Positions 18,006 through 28,112 are shown, numbered from the stretch's first letter. The stretch is 62,319 nt of DNA from Actinomycetota bacterium (GCA_046730015.1 JBKPHT010000139.1:1-62319); one strand, 5' to 3'. Numbers and translations are program-made. Notes: generated from the sequence alone by a model not told the origin.

Positions 18006-19886
18006 TCACGTCCCGGCGCGGCCGGAGTTCTCGTCCAGGAACACGACGATGTGGAACGCGAACGCGCCGGTGTCGCCGTACAGCCTCTCGTTCACCCGGT
18101 CCCTACGTTCCGCGCCGACGGTGGGGTAGACGGTGCCGGCCGCGATGGCCGCCTCGACCTCGCGGCGCTCGGCCTCCAGCTCCTCGCGGCGGTCCTCGGG
18201 CAGGTGGGACCACTCGGCGATCGGGCGCATGCCGGGCTCCTCGGCCACCTCGTCGACCTTCATGTCGACCGCCACGACGATGCGGGTGTCGGGCGAGCCG
18301 TCGACCACCCGGTGCCGGCCGAACAGGTCGGCCCGATCGGGGCCGACCCGGGCGTCCACGCCGGCCTCCTCCAGGGCGAGCACGATGCCGCGGGCGATCC
18401 AGGCGCCGCTGTGGAACACGTCCTCGACGGCGACCTGCCCGGCGTCGGCCGGGAGCGCGTCCAGCAGCTCGGGCATGATCTCGTTCATCGCCTCGGAGTC
18501 ACCGGCCTGCGGGCTGCCGGCGGTGGCGGCCGTCCAGCTGTTGACGCCGGAGAGCACGGCGAGGGCGGCGACGGCGACCGGGACGAGGACGCGCCGCTCG
18601 GCGCGGGGCCACCGCCGGGCCGCAGCCGTCCACCCCAGACGCGCGACGGCGACCAGGGCCAGCATGGCCGGGATGGCGGTCCACCGGAGCCGGTACTCGA
18701 ACGCCGGCCCGACGGTCCGGGCCACGGCGACCACCCCCAGCATGTAGGTGAGCCCGAGGGTGAGCACGAAGGCCCGGCCGCCGTCCTCGTTGCGTCGCCA
18801 CAGCACGATGCACGCCGCGACGACGGGCAGCGCCAGAAGCGGGAGCGGTGCGGCGGTGAGGTACGGCGACTGGCCGGTGAGCGCGTTGGGGGCCTCCTTG
18901 ACCGTGAGCCACTCGGGGACGGCGGCCAGCTGGGCGGACATGACCCGCAAGCCGTCGGTGAGCGAATGGATGCCGTCCTCGGCGTCGGCGAACCAGTAGA
19001 CGATCGAGATGACGTTGCCGGGCGACCGGAACAGCTCCTCCAGGAACGGCGGCAGCCACAGCACGCCCAGCACGACCGCGGTCGCGCGGGTCGCCTTCAC
19101 GAACGGGGTGCGCGACCAGCGGGGCGTGACGCCGTCGCCGTCGCCGTGGGGCTCGGGTGCCGGGTCGGCGTCCTGGGCGGACCGGCGGCCGCGGCGGGCG
19201 GCGAGGCCCGCCCCGACCGCGCCGTAGGCCAGGAGCGGCAGGGCGAGCGCGACGAAGCCGATGTGGGTCTGGGCCAGGAAGGTGGCGACCGCGGCACCCA
19301 CCGGCAGGGCCCACATCTCGCCGCACCACATCGACCAGACCAGCAGGATCAGCAGCCCGAAGGGGAGCGTCGTGATGAAGCAGTTCCACGGGTCGCGGGC
19401 GAAGTCGGCCCCGAACGTTCGGAGCAGCAGGGCGCAGCCGACGAGCGTGAGCAGCATCAGCGGGGTGCCGCCCCGGCGGCGGGCGACGACGCCCATGCCC
19501 GCCAGCGACGCCCCGTTGACGGCCAGGGCCCCGAGGCTCATGCCGACCCCCAGGCCGCCGGTCAGCCAGTAGAACGGCGCCAGCACGTAGAAGAGGATCG
19601 GGCCCGGGTGGTTCCAGCTCTCCCGGGAGTAGAGGCCGACGAGCACCTCGTGGCGGCCGACGTCGCGGACCTGCATCTCGGTGAGGGCATGGTCGGCCAC
19701 CGGGAGCCAGTGGCCGCCGACGGTGACCAGGACGGCGACGGCGGAGACGGCGAACGGCGCCAGCGCGAGGGCGAGCGCGACGCGGCGGGTCGGCCGGTCG
19801 TCGGCGGGGACGGCGGTCTCGCCCGGAGGGTTGGCGGTGGTCCCCGGAGCGACGGTCGACGCGTCAGTCGCGGTCGTCGCAGCCAT
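18006..19886 (-). CDS. Polytopic membrane protein, GT-C glycosyltransferase-like
   Basis: First-loop D.A..E, HPGP..FY, about 10 TM helices and a soluble C-terminal domain. Confidence 0.65.
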   Translation of the reverse strand: MAATTATDASTVAPGTTANPPGETAVPADDRPTRRVALALALAPFAVSAVAVLVTVGGHWLPVADHALTEMQVRDVGRHEVLVGLYSRESWNHPGPILFYVLAPFYWLTGGLGVGMSLGALAVNGASLAGMGVVARRRGGTPLMLLTLVGCALLLRTFGADFARDPWNCFITTLPFGLLILLVWSMWCGEMWALPVGAAVATFLAQTHIGFVALALPLLAYGAVGAGLAARRGRRSAQDADPAPEPHGDGDGVTPRWSRTPFVKATRATAVVLGVLWLPPFLEELFRSPGNVISIVYWFADAEDGIHSLTDGLRVMSAQLAAVPEWLTVKEAPNALTGQSPYLTAAPLPLLALPVVAACIVLWRRNEDGGRAFVLTLGLTYMLGVVAVARTVGPAFEYRLRWTAIPAMLALVAVARLGWTAAARRWPRAERRVLVPVAVAALAVLSGVNSWTAATAGSPQAGDSEAMNEIMPELLDALPADAGQVAVEDVFHSGAWIARGIVLALEEAGVDARVGPDRADLFGRHRVVDGSPDTRIVVAVDMKVDEVAEEPGMRPIAEWSHLPEDRREELEAERREVEAAIAAGTVYPTVGAERRDRVNERLYGDTGAFAFHIVVFLDENSGRAGT

Positions 19887-20218
19887 CGCCTGATGTCCCC
19901 ATCCCGCCTGCCCTCCCCGAGGCGATCCCCACGGCGTCGGGGCGCCGTTCACCAATGGTGAGACCCGCCGGCACCGATCCCCCGACGGAAGGCAAGCATG
20001 CTTGCAGGGGTACTGTCAACGTTCTCCACGGGTCCTCAGCGTGTGACATCCGTCACTCCGAGTAGCCACGCTCGACGGTCGCCAGCGCCGGCGGCGTCTG
20101 CCCAGGTCAGAGGGCATGTTCGGAGAGATCCTGCCGACCACGAGACATGCACTCCCCGCCCGGCTACCGTCGGGAGGCACGGAGTTCAGACAGTCGGCTC
20201 TTTCGGGAGAGGGCATCG

Positions 20219-20521
20219 ATGAGCAACCGTCACCGCACCAGTGAAGTGGTCCTGCCGCACCATGAGGAGCGCCGGGTCCAGTCTCGTTCCGAGCGCCACC
20301 GGGTGAGCACCGCCCTGGCCGACGTCGCCGGCCAGATCCAGGGCGGCGCAGCACCGGAGGACGTCGACGAGCCTGGCGTCGAGTTCCGAGCCGAGCGGCA
20401 CCACGACCCGACCCGGACCCGCCCGTCCACCCGGCGGCGCCGGCACTGGAAGCTCAAGATGTGGAAGCGGCGGACGGCGGCCCGCCGCGAGAAGGCCTAC
20501 ATCGAGCGCGCGACGGGCTGA
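20219..20521 (+). CDS. Small hypothetical protein with a basic C-terminus
   Basis: GGAGAGG RBS; RRHWKLKMWKRR motif. Confidence 0.65.
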   Translation: MSNRHRTSEVVLPHHEERRVQSRSERHRVSTALADVAGQIQGGAAPEDVDEPGVEFRAERHHDPTRTRPSTRRRRHWKLKMWKRRTAARREKAYIERATG

Positions 20522-20558
20522 CACTCCCCACTGACCCCGCCCTGCGGGACGGCCCCGG

Positions 20559-21503
20559 TCAGGGGTCGTCCGGGTCCGGGGCCGACACCGAGCCGAGGTC
20601 GTCGAGCTCGGTCGCCCCCGGGTCGCGGTAGCACGAGTCCGCGACCGCGCTGCCGTCGCCGCTCAGGTACTGGATCGACAACGCCTCGTACGACCGGTCG
20701 GGATCGTCCGGGTCGCGCCGCTCCAGGTAGCTCTCCAGGCGCGACTCGAGGTCGTCCCGGGTCTCGTCGTCGCTGGTGCCCACCCGGCCCGGCACCACCT
20801 CGACCGCGCTCTCCGGCAGCCCGAACCGCTCGGCCAGCTGGGTCTGGACGTACCCGGTGAACTCCGGCGTCCGGAACCGGTCCAGCTCCTCGGTCGGGCA
20901 GGCCGCGGCCGCCGCCGCCGTCTCCGCCGCGCCCGCCACGAAGCTGACGAAGTCGCCGTGGAAGTCGGCCGGCGTGTCGTCCTGCTTGAAGGCGGCGTCG
21001 TTGTCGGCGGTGTGCTCCAGCGTCGTGTCGCACACGAACAGCTCGCCGAGCTCGAACCTGATGGCCCGCTCGGTGTCGCCGCCCTCGGGCTCGATGGTGG
21101 TGATCGTGCCGGTCGCGCAGTAGTCGACCGCCACCCGCAACGCCGCCGGGCGGTCGCCATCGGCCGGGTCGGACACGCTGGAGGTGCCGTTGGTCGACTG
21201 GAAGTCGCCGTTGATGAGCCACCCCGACTTGTCGTGGTCCTGCTTCGCCTTCACCGACACGACCGCCTCGCCGTCGCCCACGTCGATGAGGAACTCCTCC
21301 GACGCCGCCTGGGCCCGCTGCCCCTCGTAGATCACGTCGCCCCGGGGCGCCGGGTCGCTGCGGCCCCCGCCGAACCAGTCGGGCAGGTCGAACAGGCTGG
21401 CGACGCGGGTCGCGAGCAGCGCCACCGCCACCACCCCGACGACGGCCAACGCCAGGGTCAGGCGCCCCCGCCCCCCTCCTGCTTGGGTCGGTCTTTCCAG
21501 CAT
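20559..21503 (-). CDS. Membrane-anchored acidic hypothetical protein
   Basis: N-terminal TM anchor; several Cys in the extracellular part. Confidence 0.75.
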   Translation of the reverse strand: MLERPTQAGGGRGRLTLALAVVGVVAVALLATRVASLFDLPDWFGGGRSDPAPRGDVIYEGQRAQAASEEFLIDVGDGEAVVSVKAKQDHDKSGWLINGDFQSTNGTSSVSDPADGDRPAALRVAVDYCATGTITTIEPEGGDTERAIRFELGELFVCDTTLEHTADNDAAFKQDDTPADFHGDFVSFVAGAAETAAAAAACPTEELDRFRTPEFTGYVQTQLAERFGLPESAVEVVPGRVGTSDDETRDDLESRLESYLERRDPDDPDRSYEALSIQYLSGDGSAVADSCYRDPGATELDDLGSVSAPDPDDP

Positions 21504-21599
21504 CGTCTCGGCTCCTCCGGCGCGAAACCGTCACCCCTCTCCGTACCCGCTGCGGCACGCGTGCATCCCGCCCGGCGGCCCGCTCTACAGTCCGGCGCC

Positions 21600-22664
21600 A
21601 TGGACGGCGAGACGCGACCGCTCGCGGCCGTCGGGCTGCCGTGGTCGGCGCCGCTCGCGGGCCGGATCGACGAGCACACGATCACCAGCGCCGCGCTGGG
21701 CGGCAACCCGCTCGGCGACCCCGCCACCCGGCCGCTGTGGGTGTACGTGCCGCCCGGCTACGACGACGAGCCCGAGCGGCGGTACCCCAGCGTCTACGTG
21801 CTGCAGGGGTTCACCGGTCATCTGGCCATGTGGCGCAACCGCACACCGTTCCGCCAGCCGTTCCCGGAGACCGCCGACGCCGCCATCGCAGCCGGCACCT
21901 GCCCGCCGCTGATCGTCGTGTACGTCGACGCCTGGACCGCCCTCGGCGGCAGCCAGTTCGTCGACTCCCCCGGCACCGGCCGCTACCACACCTACCTGTG
22001 CGACGAGGTCGTGCCGTGGGTCGACGCCCGCTACCGGACGTTGCCCGGGCCCGACCACCGGGCCGTGACCGGCAAGTCGAGCGGCGGCTACGGCGCGATG
22101 GTGACCGCGCTGTGGCGGCCCGACCTGTTCGGCGCCCTCGCCACCCACGCCGGCGACGCCCTGTTCGAGCTGTGCTACGGCGAGAGCTTCCCCAAGGTGG
22201 TGCGGGCGCTGCGGGACGACTACCAGGGCAGCTACGAGCGATTCTGGGTCGACCTGCGGGGCCGGGTGCCGATGAGCCGGGAGGGCGACGGCGAGCTGAT
22301 CGAGACATGGGCCTACGCCGCCTGCTACTCGGCCGCCGACGATGGCACGGTCCGGCTGCCGTTCTCGCCTACCAGCGGCGCCCTCGTCCCCGAGGTGTGG
22401 GACCGCTGGCTGGCCCTCGACCCCGTCCGCCTCGCCGCCGCCCGCCCCGAGGCCGCCCGGGGGCTGCGGGCGGTGTGGATCGACGCCGGCACCCGGGACG
22501 AGTGGTACCTCGACCTCGGCGCCACCGCGTTCCGCGACGCGCTGTTGGCCGCCGGGCTGCCGGGCGAGCGGATGCGGTTCGAGCTGTTCCCCGCCGGCCA
22601 CGCCGGCATCGACTACCGCTACCCGCAGGCGCTCGCCTGGCTCGGCAACCGCATCAGCCCCTGA
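21600..22664 (+). CDS. Putative esterase (Fes/enterochelin esterase-like alpha/beta hydrolase)
   Basis: VYVPPGY, YPSVYVLQGF, G.S.GG elbow GKSSGG, DAG..DE. Confidence 0.9.
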   Translation: MDGETRPLAAVGLPWSAPLAGRIDEHTITSAALGGNPLGDPATRPLWVYVPPGYDDEPERRYPSVYVLQGFTGHLAMWRNRTPFRQPFPETADAAIAAGTCPPLIVVYVDAWTALGGSQFVDSPGTGRYHTYLCDEVVPWVDARYRTLPGPDHRAVTGKSSGGYGAMVTALWRPDLFGALATHAGDALFELCYGESFPKVVRALRDDYQGSYERFWVDLRGRVPMSREGDGELIETWAYAACYSAADDGTVRLPFSPTSGALVPEVWDRWLALDPVRLAAARPEAARGLRAVWIDAGTRDEWYLDLGATAFRDALLAAGLPGERMRFELFPAGHAGIDYRYPQALAWLGNRISP

Positions 22665-22747
22665 GGCGATAGCGGCCGATTCGCCGAACCCGAGGCGATA
22701 GCTGTCGGCCCCCGACCCCTGTGACCTCGAGAACCGAAGAACGGCCC

Positions 22748-25462
22748 CTATCGCCTCGCCAAGCCGGCCCGGCGGCCGAAGCGGCGGCGGGGTGGGGCGA
22801 CGCCGTCGCGGAGGAGGCGGCGGATGGCGGCCTCGTGGGCCGGGCCGAGCTTGGCGCCGTCCCGGTCGGTCAGCTCGAAGCGGTCGACGACCAGGTCGTC
22901 ACCCGCGGTCAGCGACGCGGCCAGCACCGACGCGCCGGCTGCGTCGAACACGGCGGTGACGTCGTGCAGCAGCGCGGGCCGGTCGACCGAGCGGACCTCG
23001 GCCACGGTGTGCCACGGCGACGACACGTTGTCGAAGACGACCTCGGCATCGGGCAGCGGCGCCGCGGTCGGCACGGCACCGAACCCCGCCTCGATGGCCG
23101 CCGCCAGCACCTCCCCGTCGGGCCAGCCGTCGCCGTGGACGGTGAACGCCTCGACCGCCGCGCCGTCGTCCCAGGTCACGACCACCGCGTCGGCGACGTC
23201 GAGGCCGGCCGCGCCCAGCGCCGCGGTGACCGTCGCCAGCAGGGCCCGGCGGTCGCGGGCGCCGATCTCGACCCACCAGCGCTGGTCCCCGGCCCGCCCG
23301 GTCCGGACCCGGGCCTCGTGCCGACCGGGCATCGGGGTGATGAGCTGGGCGTGGCGGGCGATGGCGTCGGGCGGCTGGCGGAGCACGTAGGACTGGGGGG
23401 CGTGGGCGATCCGCTCGACGAGCGGCGCCTGGCCGTCGACCAGGGCCGTGGCCTCGAGCCGGCGGATGTCGACCAGGCCCCGGGCGTCGGGACCGGTCAG
23501 CTCCGGCCGATCGAGCACCGCCTGGACGAGCTCGTGCAGCGACCGGAGCCGGGCCTCCTCCCACGCCTCGTGGCCGTCGCTGCGGAGAGCGCTCAACGTG
23601 TACAGCAGGCGGGCCCGCTCGGGGGTCTCGAGGTGAGTGGCGAGCTGGAGCACCTTCTCCTCGCCGAGCGCGCCGGGCTGGCGGGCCGCCGACCACAGCA
23701 GATCGCGGTCGGCCACCGCCGCGACGACCTCGGCACGGTCGTCCGGGTCGACGCCGATGCGGTCGAGCAGCGACCGGGAACGGGCGACCGCGTCGGCCAT
23801 CTCGTCGAACGCGTCGGCCAGCAGCGCCGCCAGGAACAGGCGGTCGACGTCGTCCAGCGCCCGGATCTCCAGCGCCAGCGGGTCGTCGGCGTCGAGCCGG
23901 CGCAGCCGCTCCATCGCCGGGAACCGGTACGCCTGCAGCGGGTCGATGGTGAACGGCTCGTCGTGCCGCCTGCGAAGCGCCTCGGCCAGCTCGGGCAGGC
24001 TGCGATCGAGCACGCCGGTGGTCTCGAGGAAGCGCCAGCCCCGCGCGTTGCCCCGCTCGACGACGTCGAGGAGCTGGTTGCGGGTGGCGGCGTCCCAGGC
24101 CAGTGGCGTGTCGGGCAGGCACGCCAGCCAGTCGAGCACGTCGCCGCCCGGCCGGTTGCGCCCCACGGCGACGGCGGCAGCGAGCGCGACGGGCAGAGCC
24201 GCGGCGTCGGGCGGCGTGGCCGACAGCCGGACCTCGTCGCCGGACACCTCGAGCCAGCCGCCCTCGGGCACGGGCACGTCGGGGGGCGGCCCGGTGCGAG
24301 TCGTCCCCCGGGACAGCCCCGCGTAGCGGACCTTGAGCAGCTGCGGCGTCGCCAGGGTGGTCACGAGCACGACCAGCAGGAGCGCGGCGTACAGCTCGTC
24401 GCCCAGCACGCCGGTCTGGAGGCCGATGGTCGCGAAGATGAGGCCGACCTCGCCCCGCGGCAGCATGCCGAGCCCGATGAGCGGCTTGTCCCCCGGGGTG
24501 CCGATGGCCCCGAGCGGGGAGACGAGCTTCCCCACCACGGCCACGGCCAGGAGGATGGCGGCGTCGCGCAGCACGTCGACGCGGCCGAACGCGGCGATGT
24601 CGGCGTCGATGCCGATCTGGAGGAAGAAGACGGGGATGAACAGGTGGCCCACCGGGGTGAGCTCGCGCCGGATGCGGTCGGCCTGGTCGCTGCGGTTGAG
24701 TGCGATGCCCGCGACGAAGGCGCCGACGATGGGGGCGAGCTTCGCCACGTCGGCGAGCTCGGCGAAGGCCAGGGTGAAGGCGAGGGCCAGCGCGACCAGC
24801 GTCCCGCTCGACCGGGACAACCGGGCGACCGCCCGGAACAGGGGCGGCGCCACCCGCATGCCGACGAAGACGCCGGCGACAAGGAAGGCGACGGCCCCGG
24901 CGATGATGCCGGCCACCGACACGAGCGACACCGAGCCCTCGGTGACCAGCCGGACGACGACGGTGAGCACGACCAGGCCCATGACGTCGTCGGCGACGGC
25001 CGCGCCCAACACGACGCGGGCCTCGGTGGTGGCCATGGCCCGGAGGTCGCTGAACACCCGGGCGGTGATGCCGACGCTCGTGGCGGTGAGCGCGGCGCCG
25101 ACGAACAGGGAGGTGTTGAAGTCGTCGGCGACGAACGCCTCCATGGCCCCGAGGCCGAGGACCAGCGGCGTCACCACGCCGACCACCGCGACCAGGAACG
25201 AGGCCCGCCCCACCCGGCCGAGCTCGACCAGGTCCATCTCGAGGCCGACGTCGAGCAGGAGGAGGATGACCCCGATCTCCCCGAGGACGTGGAGCACCTC
25301 GTCGCCGTGGCCGACCCAGCCCAGCACCGACGGGCCGACGAGGATGCCGGCGACGATCTCGCCGACGACGGCGGGGACGCCGATCCGTTCGGCGACCTCG
25401 GCCGCCACCTTGGCGGCGATCAGCACCACGAGGATGTTGCGCAGGACCTCTGCGACGTCCAT
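22748..25462 (-). CDS. NapA-type cation/H+ antiporter fused to the GlnD C-terminal half (degenerate HD plus two ACT domains)
   Basis: aa 1-380 carry TATSVGIT, AAVADD, GKL and GMLPRGEVGLI; the remainder carries GVLDRSLPEL, W...RL..L, SY..IARH, ARDRRALLA and FDNVSSPWHTVAEVRSVDRPALL. Confidence 0.85.
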   Translation of the reverse strand: MDVAEVLRNILVVLIAAKVAAEVAERIGVPAVVGEIVAGILVGPSVLGWVGHGDEVLHVLGEIGVILLLLDVGLEMDLVELGRVGRASFLVAVVGVVTPLVLGLGAMEAFVADDFNTSLFVGAALTATSVGITARVFSDLRAMATTEARVVLGAAVADDVMGLVVLTVVVRLVTEGSVSLVSVAGIIAGAVAFLVAGVFVGMRVAPPLFRAVARLSRSSGTLVALALAFTLAFAELADVAKLAPIVGAFVAGIALNRSDQADRIRRELTPVGHLFIPVFFLQIGIDADIAAFGRVDVLRDAAILLAVAVVGKLVSPLGAIGTPGDKPLIGLGMLPRGEVGLIFATIGLQTGVLGDELYAALLLVVLVTTLATPQLLKVRYAGLSRGTTRTGPPPDVPVPEGGWLEVSGDEVRLSATPPDAAALPVALAAAVAVGRNRPGGDVLDWLACLPDTPLAWDAATRNQLLDVVERGNARGWRFLETTGVLDRSLPELAEALRRRHDEPFTIDPLQAYRFPAMERLRRLDADDPLALEIRALDDVDRLFLAALLADAFDEMADAVARSRSLLDRIGVDPDDRAEVVAAVADRDLLWSAARQPGALGEEKVLQLATHLETPERARLLYTLSALRSDGHEAWEEARLRSLHELVQAVLDRPELTGPDARGLVDIRRLEATALVDGQAPLVERIAHAPQSYVLRQPPDAIARHAQLITPMPGRHEARVRTGRAGDQRWWVEIGARDRRALLATVTAALGAAGLDVADAVVVTWDDGAAVEAFTVHGDGWPDGEVLAAAIEAGFGAVPTAAPLPDAEVVFDNVSSPWHTVAEVRSVDRPALLHDVTAVFDAAGASVLAASLTAGDDLVVDRFELTDRDGAKLGPAHEAAIRRLLRDGVAPPRRRFGRRAGLARR

Positions 25463-25565
25463 GTCCGTCCGCTCAGGGGGTGGGTCGGGACGCGCACCGG
25501 GCGGGCACGGTGGGTCCGTGCCCGCCCGGTGTCGTCAACGGATGTGACTCAGTGTGACCGGGCGG

Positions 25566-27104
25566 TCAGACCGGCTCCTTCGAGGGCTCCTCGTTGGTGG
25601 GGCTGATGCCGCCCGTGTCGACGGCGATGACCTCGATCTGCTGGAAGTCGGGGTACGCCAGGGCGCCCATCTCGGGCAGGTCGAGGCCGGCGAGCTCGTC
25701 GGCCTGCTCGGACCGGATGCCGCCCTTCATGATCGCGTTCTGGATCTTGAAGAAGGCGAAGACGATCCCGAACATCACCGTGCACAGCACGAGGGCACCC
25801 AGCGCCTGTGCGCCGAGCTGCTCGAACTCGCCCGCCACCACGCCCTCGACGGCGGTGACGTCGGAGCCGTTCCAGCCGCCGCCGTAGCTGCCGTTGGCGA
25901 AGATGCCGACCGAGAGCACGCCCCAGATGCCGCAGACGCCGTGGACGGCGATGGCGCCCACCGGGTCGTCGACCTTGAGGACCCGCTCGATGAACTCTGC
26001 GGCGTAGATGACGATCACGCCGGCGATGCTGCCGATGACGGCCGACCAGGCGGGGCTGGTGAAGGCGCAGGGCGCGGTGATGGCCACGAGTCCCGCCAGC
26101 ATGCCGTTGACCATCATGCCCGGGTCGGGCTTGCCGGTCTTCCACATCATGGTGAACATCGCCACGGTGGCGCCGAAGGCGGCGGCGATGGCGGTGTTGG
26201 CGGCCACGACCGCGAACTGCACGTCGGTCGCGGCGAAGGTCGATGCGGCGTTGAAGCCGAACCAGCCGAACAACAGGATGAAGCAGCCCAGCATGGCCAT
26301 CGGCACGTGGTGGCCGGGCAGCGTGTTGGGCGAACCGTCGGAGTTGTACTTGCCGATGCGGGGGCCGAGGACCAGCGCGCCCGCCAGGCCGGCGACGCCG
26401 CCCATGGCGTGGACGACGCCGGAGCCGGCGAAGTCGACGTAGCCGGCGCCGAGGCCCATCGTGTCCCAGGTCTTGGCGAGCCAGCCGCCGCCCCAGGTCC
26501 AGGCGCCGAAGATCGGGTAGAAGATGGCGCCGCAGAACAGGCCCCAGCCGACGAACGCCTTCCACTTCCACCGCTCGGCCATGGCCCCGGTGGGGATGGT
26601 GGCGGTGGTGTCCATGAAGGCCACCATGTAGAGGAAGAAGCCGATCACCGCGGCACCGCCGGCGGTCTGGATGGCGTCCCCGGAGAGGGCGAACCCGCCC
26701 TGCCACAGGAAGACCCAGTTGCCGCTCCCGATGAGCGCGTCGCCGACCGGCGCCGTGTAGCCGAAGTCGTAGCCCGGCAGGACGTAGCTGAACCCGCCGA
26801 ACATCAAGCCGTAGCCGAGCAGGAAGTAGCCGACGAAGCCGAGCCCGAAGATGGCGAAGTTGGTCGACACGACGTGCGCGGCGTGCTTGGCCCGGCAGAA
26901 GCCGGTCTCTACCAGGGCGAAGCCCGCCTGCATGAAGATGACGAGGACGGCGCCGATGACGATCCACAGCAGGTTGGTCTGCTGGCCGAGGGTGGTGACC
27001 GCCTCGGCGGGATCGGCGTCCTGCGCGCCGGCTATCGCTGGTGTGGCGAGGAGGACGGCGCCGGCGACGGCGAGCCCGGCCCCCACTTTCCGCCCGAACG
27101 ACAT
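25566..27104 (-). CDS. amtB: Ammonium transporter
   Basis: GFALVETG, GAMAER, DFAGSGVVH, WFGFN, DDPVGAIAVHG; twin His intact; signal peptide. Confidence 0.97.
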   Translation of the reverse strand: MSFGRKVGAGLAVAGAVLLATPAIAGAQDADPAEAVTTLGQQTNLLWIVIGAVLVIFMQAGFALVETGFCRAKHAAHVVSTNFAIFGLGFVGYFLLGYGLMFGGFSYVLPGYDFGYTAPVGDALIGSGNWVFLWQGGFALSGDAIQTAGGAAVIGFFLYMVAFMDTTATIPTGAMAERWKWKAFVGWGLFCGAIFYPIFGAWTWGGGWLAKTWDTMGLGAGYVDFAGSGVVHAMGGVAGLAGALVLGPRIGKYNSDGSPNTLPGHHVPMAMLGCFILLFGWFGFNAASTFAATDVQFAVVAANTAIAAAFGATVAMFTMMWKTGKPDPGMMVNGMLAGLVAITAPCAFTSPAWSAVIGSIAGVIVIYAAEFIERVLKVDDPVGAIAVHGVCGIWGVLSVGIFANGSYGGGWNGSDVTAVEGVVAGEFEQLGAQALGALVLCTVMFGIVFAFFKIQNAIMKGGIRSEQADELAGLDLPEMGALAYPDFQQIEVIAVDTGGISPTNEEPSKEPV

Positions 27105-27366
27105 GCCGGCTCTCGCATCACGACGAGGGCCAAAGGACATGGGTACGCGTTCCTTTCGTACGTCCCGAGAAGGAGGCCCGACGCCTTTGTCTGACCCGAT
27201 GGTGAACGTATGGACGATCTGTCACGCGTCCATTGCCCGATGATGAACCCCCGTGTTCGATGTGCTGTCCGCTTTCTGAACACCGCTGTCCAGTAGTCGC
27301 GCGCGTTTCTGACGACCACCTGACCGGTTGCGGGCCAGGCCTGCCGGGGTGCAACACTCTGCCGCC

Positions 27367-27567
27367 ATGGCAGAGGAGACGAGCGTCACCAAGGTCCGCG
27401 TCGGCCTGGCGTTGATCACCGTCGTCGTGGTGGTCGCTCTGGTGATGATCGCCGTCATCGACTCGCCCGCCGGCAAGGCGGTCATGTTCGCCATCGCCGT
27501 CACCGCCGTCGTCCGGGCGTACCTGCTGTTCCGGTCGCTCCGGCAGGAGCAGCGAGCCGCCGACTGA
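27367..27567 (+). CDS. Small two-TM membrane protein
   Basis: Two hydrophobic helices; divergent from amtB. Confidence 0.7.
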   Translation: MAEETSVTKVRVGLALITVVVVVALVMIAVIDSPAGKAVMFAIAVTAVVRAYLLFRSLRQEQRAAD

Positions 27568-27585
27568 GGCTCGACGGCTGCGCCG

Positions 27586-28038
27586 TCAGGGCGCGCCGTC
27601 GCGGGCCAGCTCGGCGTTCGACCAGCCGGGGCGGCCGGTCAGCTCGTCGCCGAACCAGTCGGGCGGGGTGAAGCGGTCGGCCTCCTCCCGCGTCGGGAAC
27701 TCGACCTCGACCACGGCCAGCCCGTCCAGATCGCCGCCGTACAGGTCGAGCTCGGCCGTGCCGCCGTCGACTTCGACCCGGTGGCGGGTCTTCTCCAGGT
27801 GACGGTCGCCGGCCAGCGCCCAGAGCTCAGCGAAGGCGTCGGCGTCGATCCCGACCTCGACCTCGGTCCGCTCGAGGCCGGAGCCGCCCTTCACGGTGAG
27901 GACCTGGTCGTCGCCGTCGCTGCGGACCCGGACCTCGACGCCGCCGTCGACCGCGACGTAGGCCTGCCGCAGCGGCACCCCGTCCCCGAGCCCGTCGGGC
28001 ACCCGGACGACCCGGAACTTCCGCTCGATCTCGGACAC
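27586..28038 (-). CDS. CYTH domain protein
   Basis: EIERKF, RVR, LTVK, ERTEVE, EKTR, EVEF motifs. Confidence 0.92.
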   Translation of the reverse strand: MSEIERKFRVVRVPDGLGDGVPLRQAYVAVDGGVEVRVRSDGDDQVLTVKGGSGLERTEVEVGIDADAFAELWALAGDRHLEKTRHRVEVDGGTAELDLYGGDLDGLAVVEVEFPTREEADRFTPPDWFGDELTGRPGWSNAELARDGAP

Positions 28039-28112
28039 GCCCCCACCCCACCAGGGCGGCGGCGCCGCCGCAAGGACCTTGCAGGCCATACCCGCCCGGG
28101 TGAGCGAGACGC

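Noticed and set aside
20040-20218. Known riboswitch (e.g. ZTP) in the leader
   Set aside because: The required conserved elements are absent.
27110-27360. GlnR box upstream of amtB
   Set aside because: A GAAAC is present on the minus strand, but I could not find a properly spaced GTNAC partner.
27586-28038. CYTH protein as an adenylate cyclase feeding the cNMP protein
   Set aside because: Most CYTH proteins are triphosphatases, and the genes are 20 kb apart.
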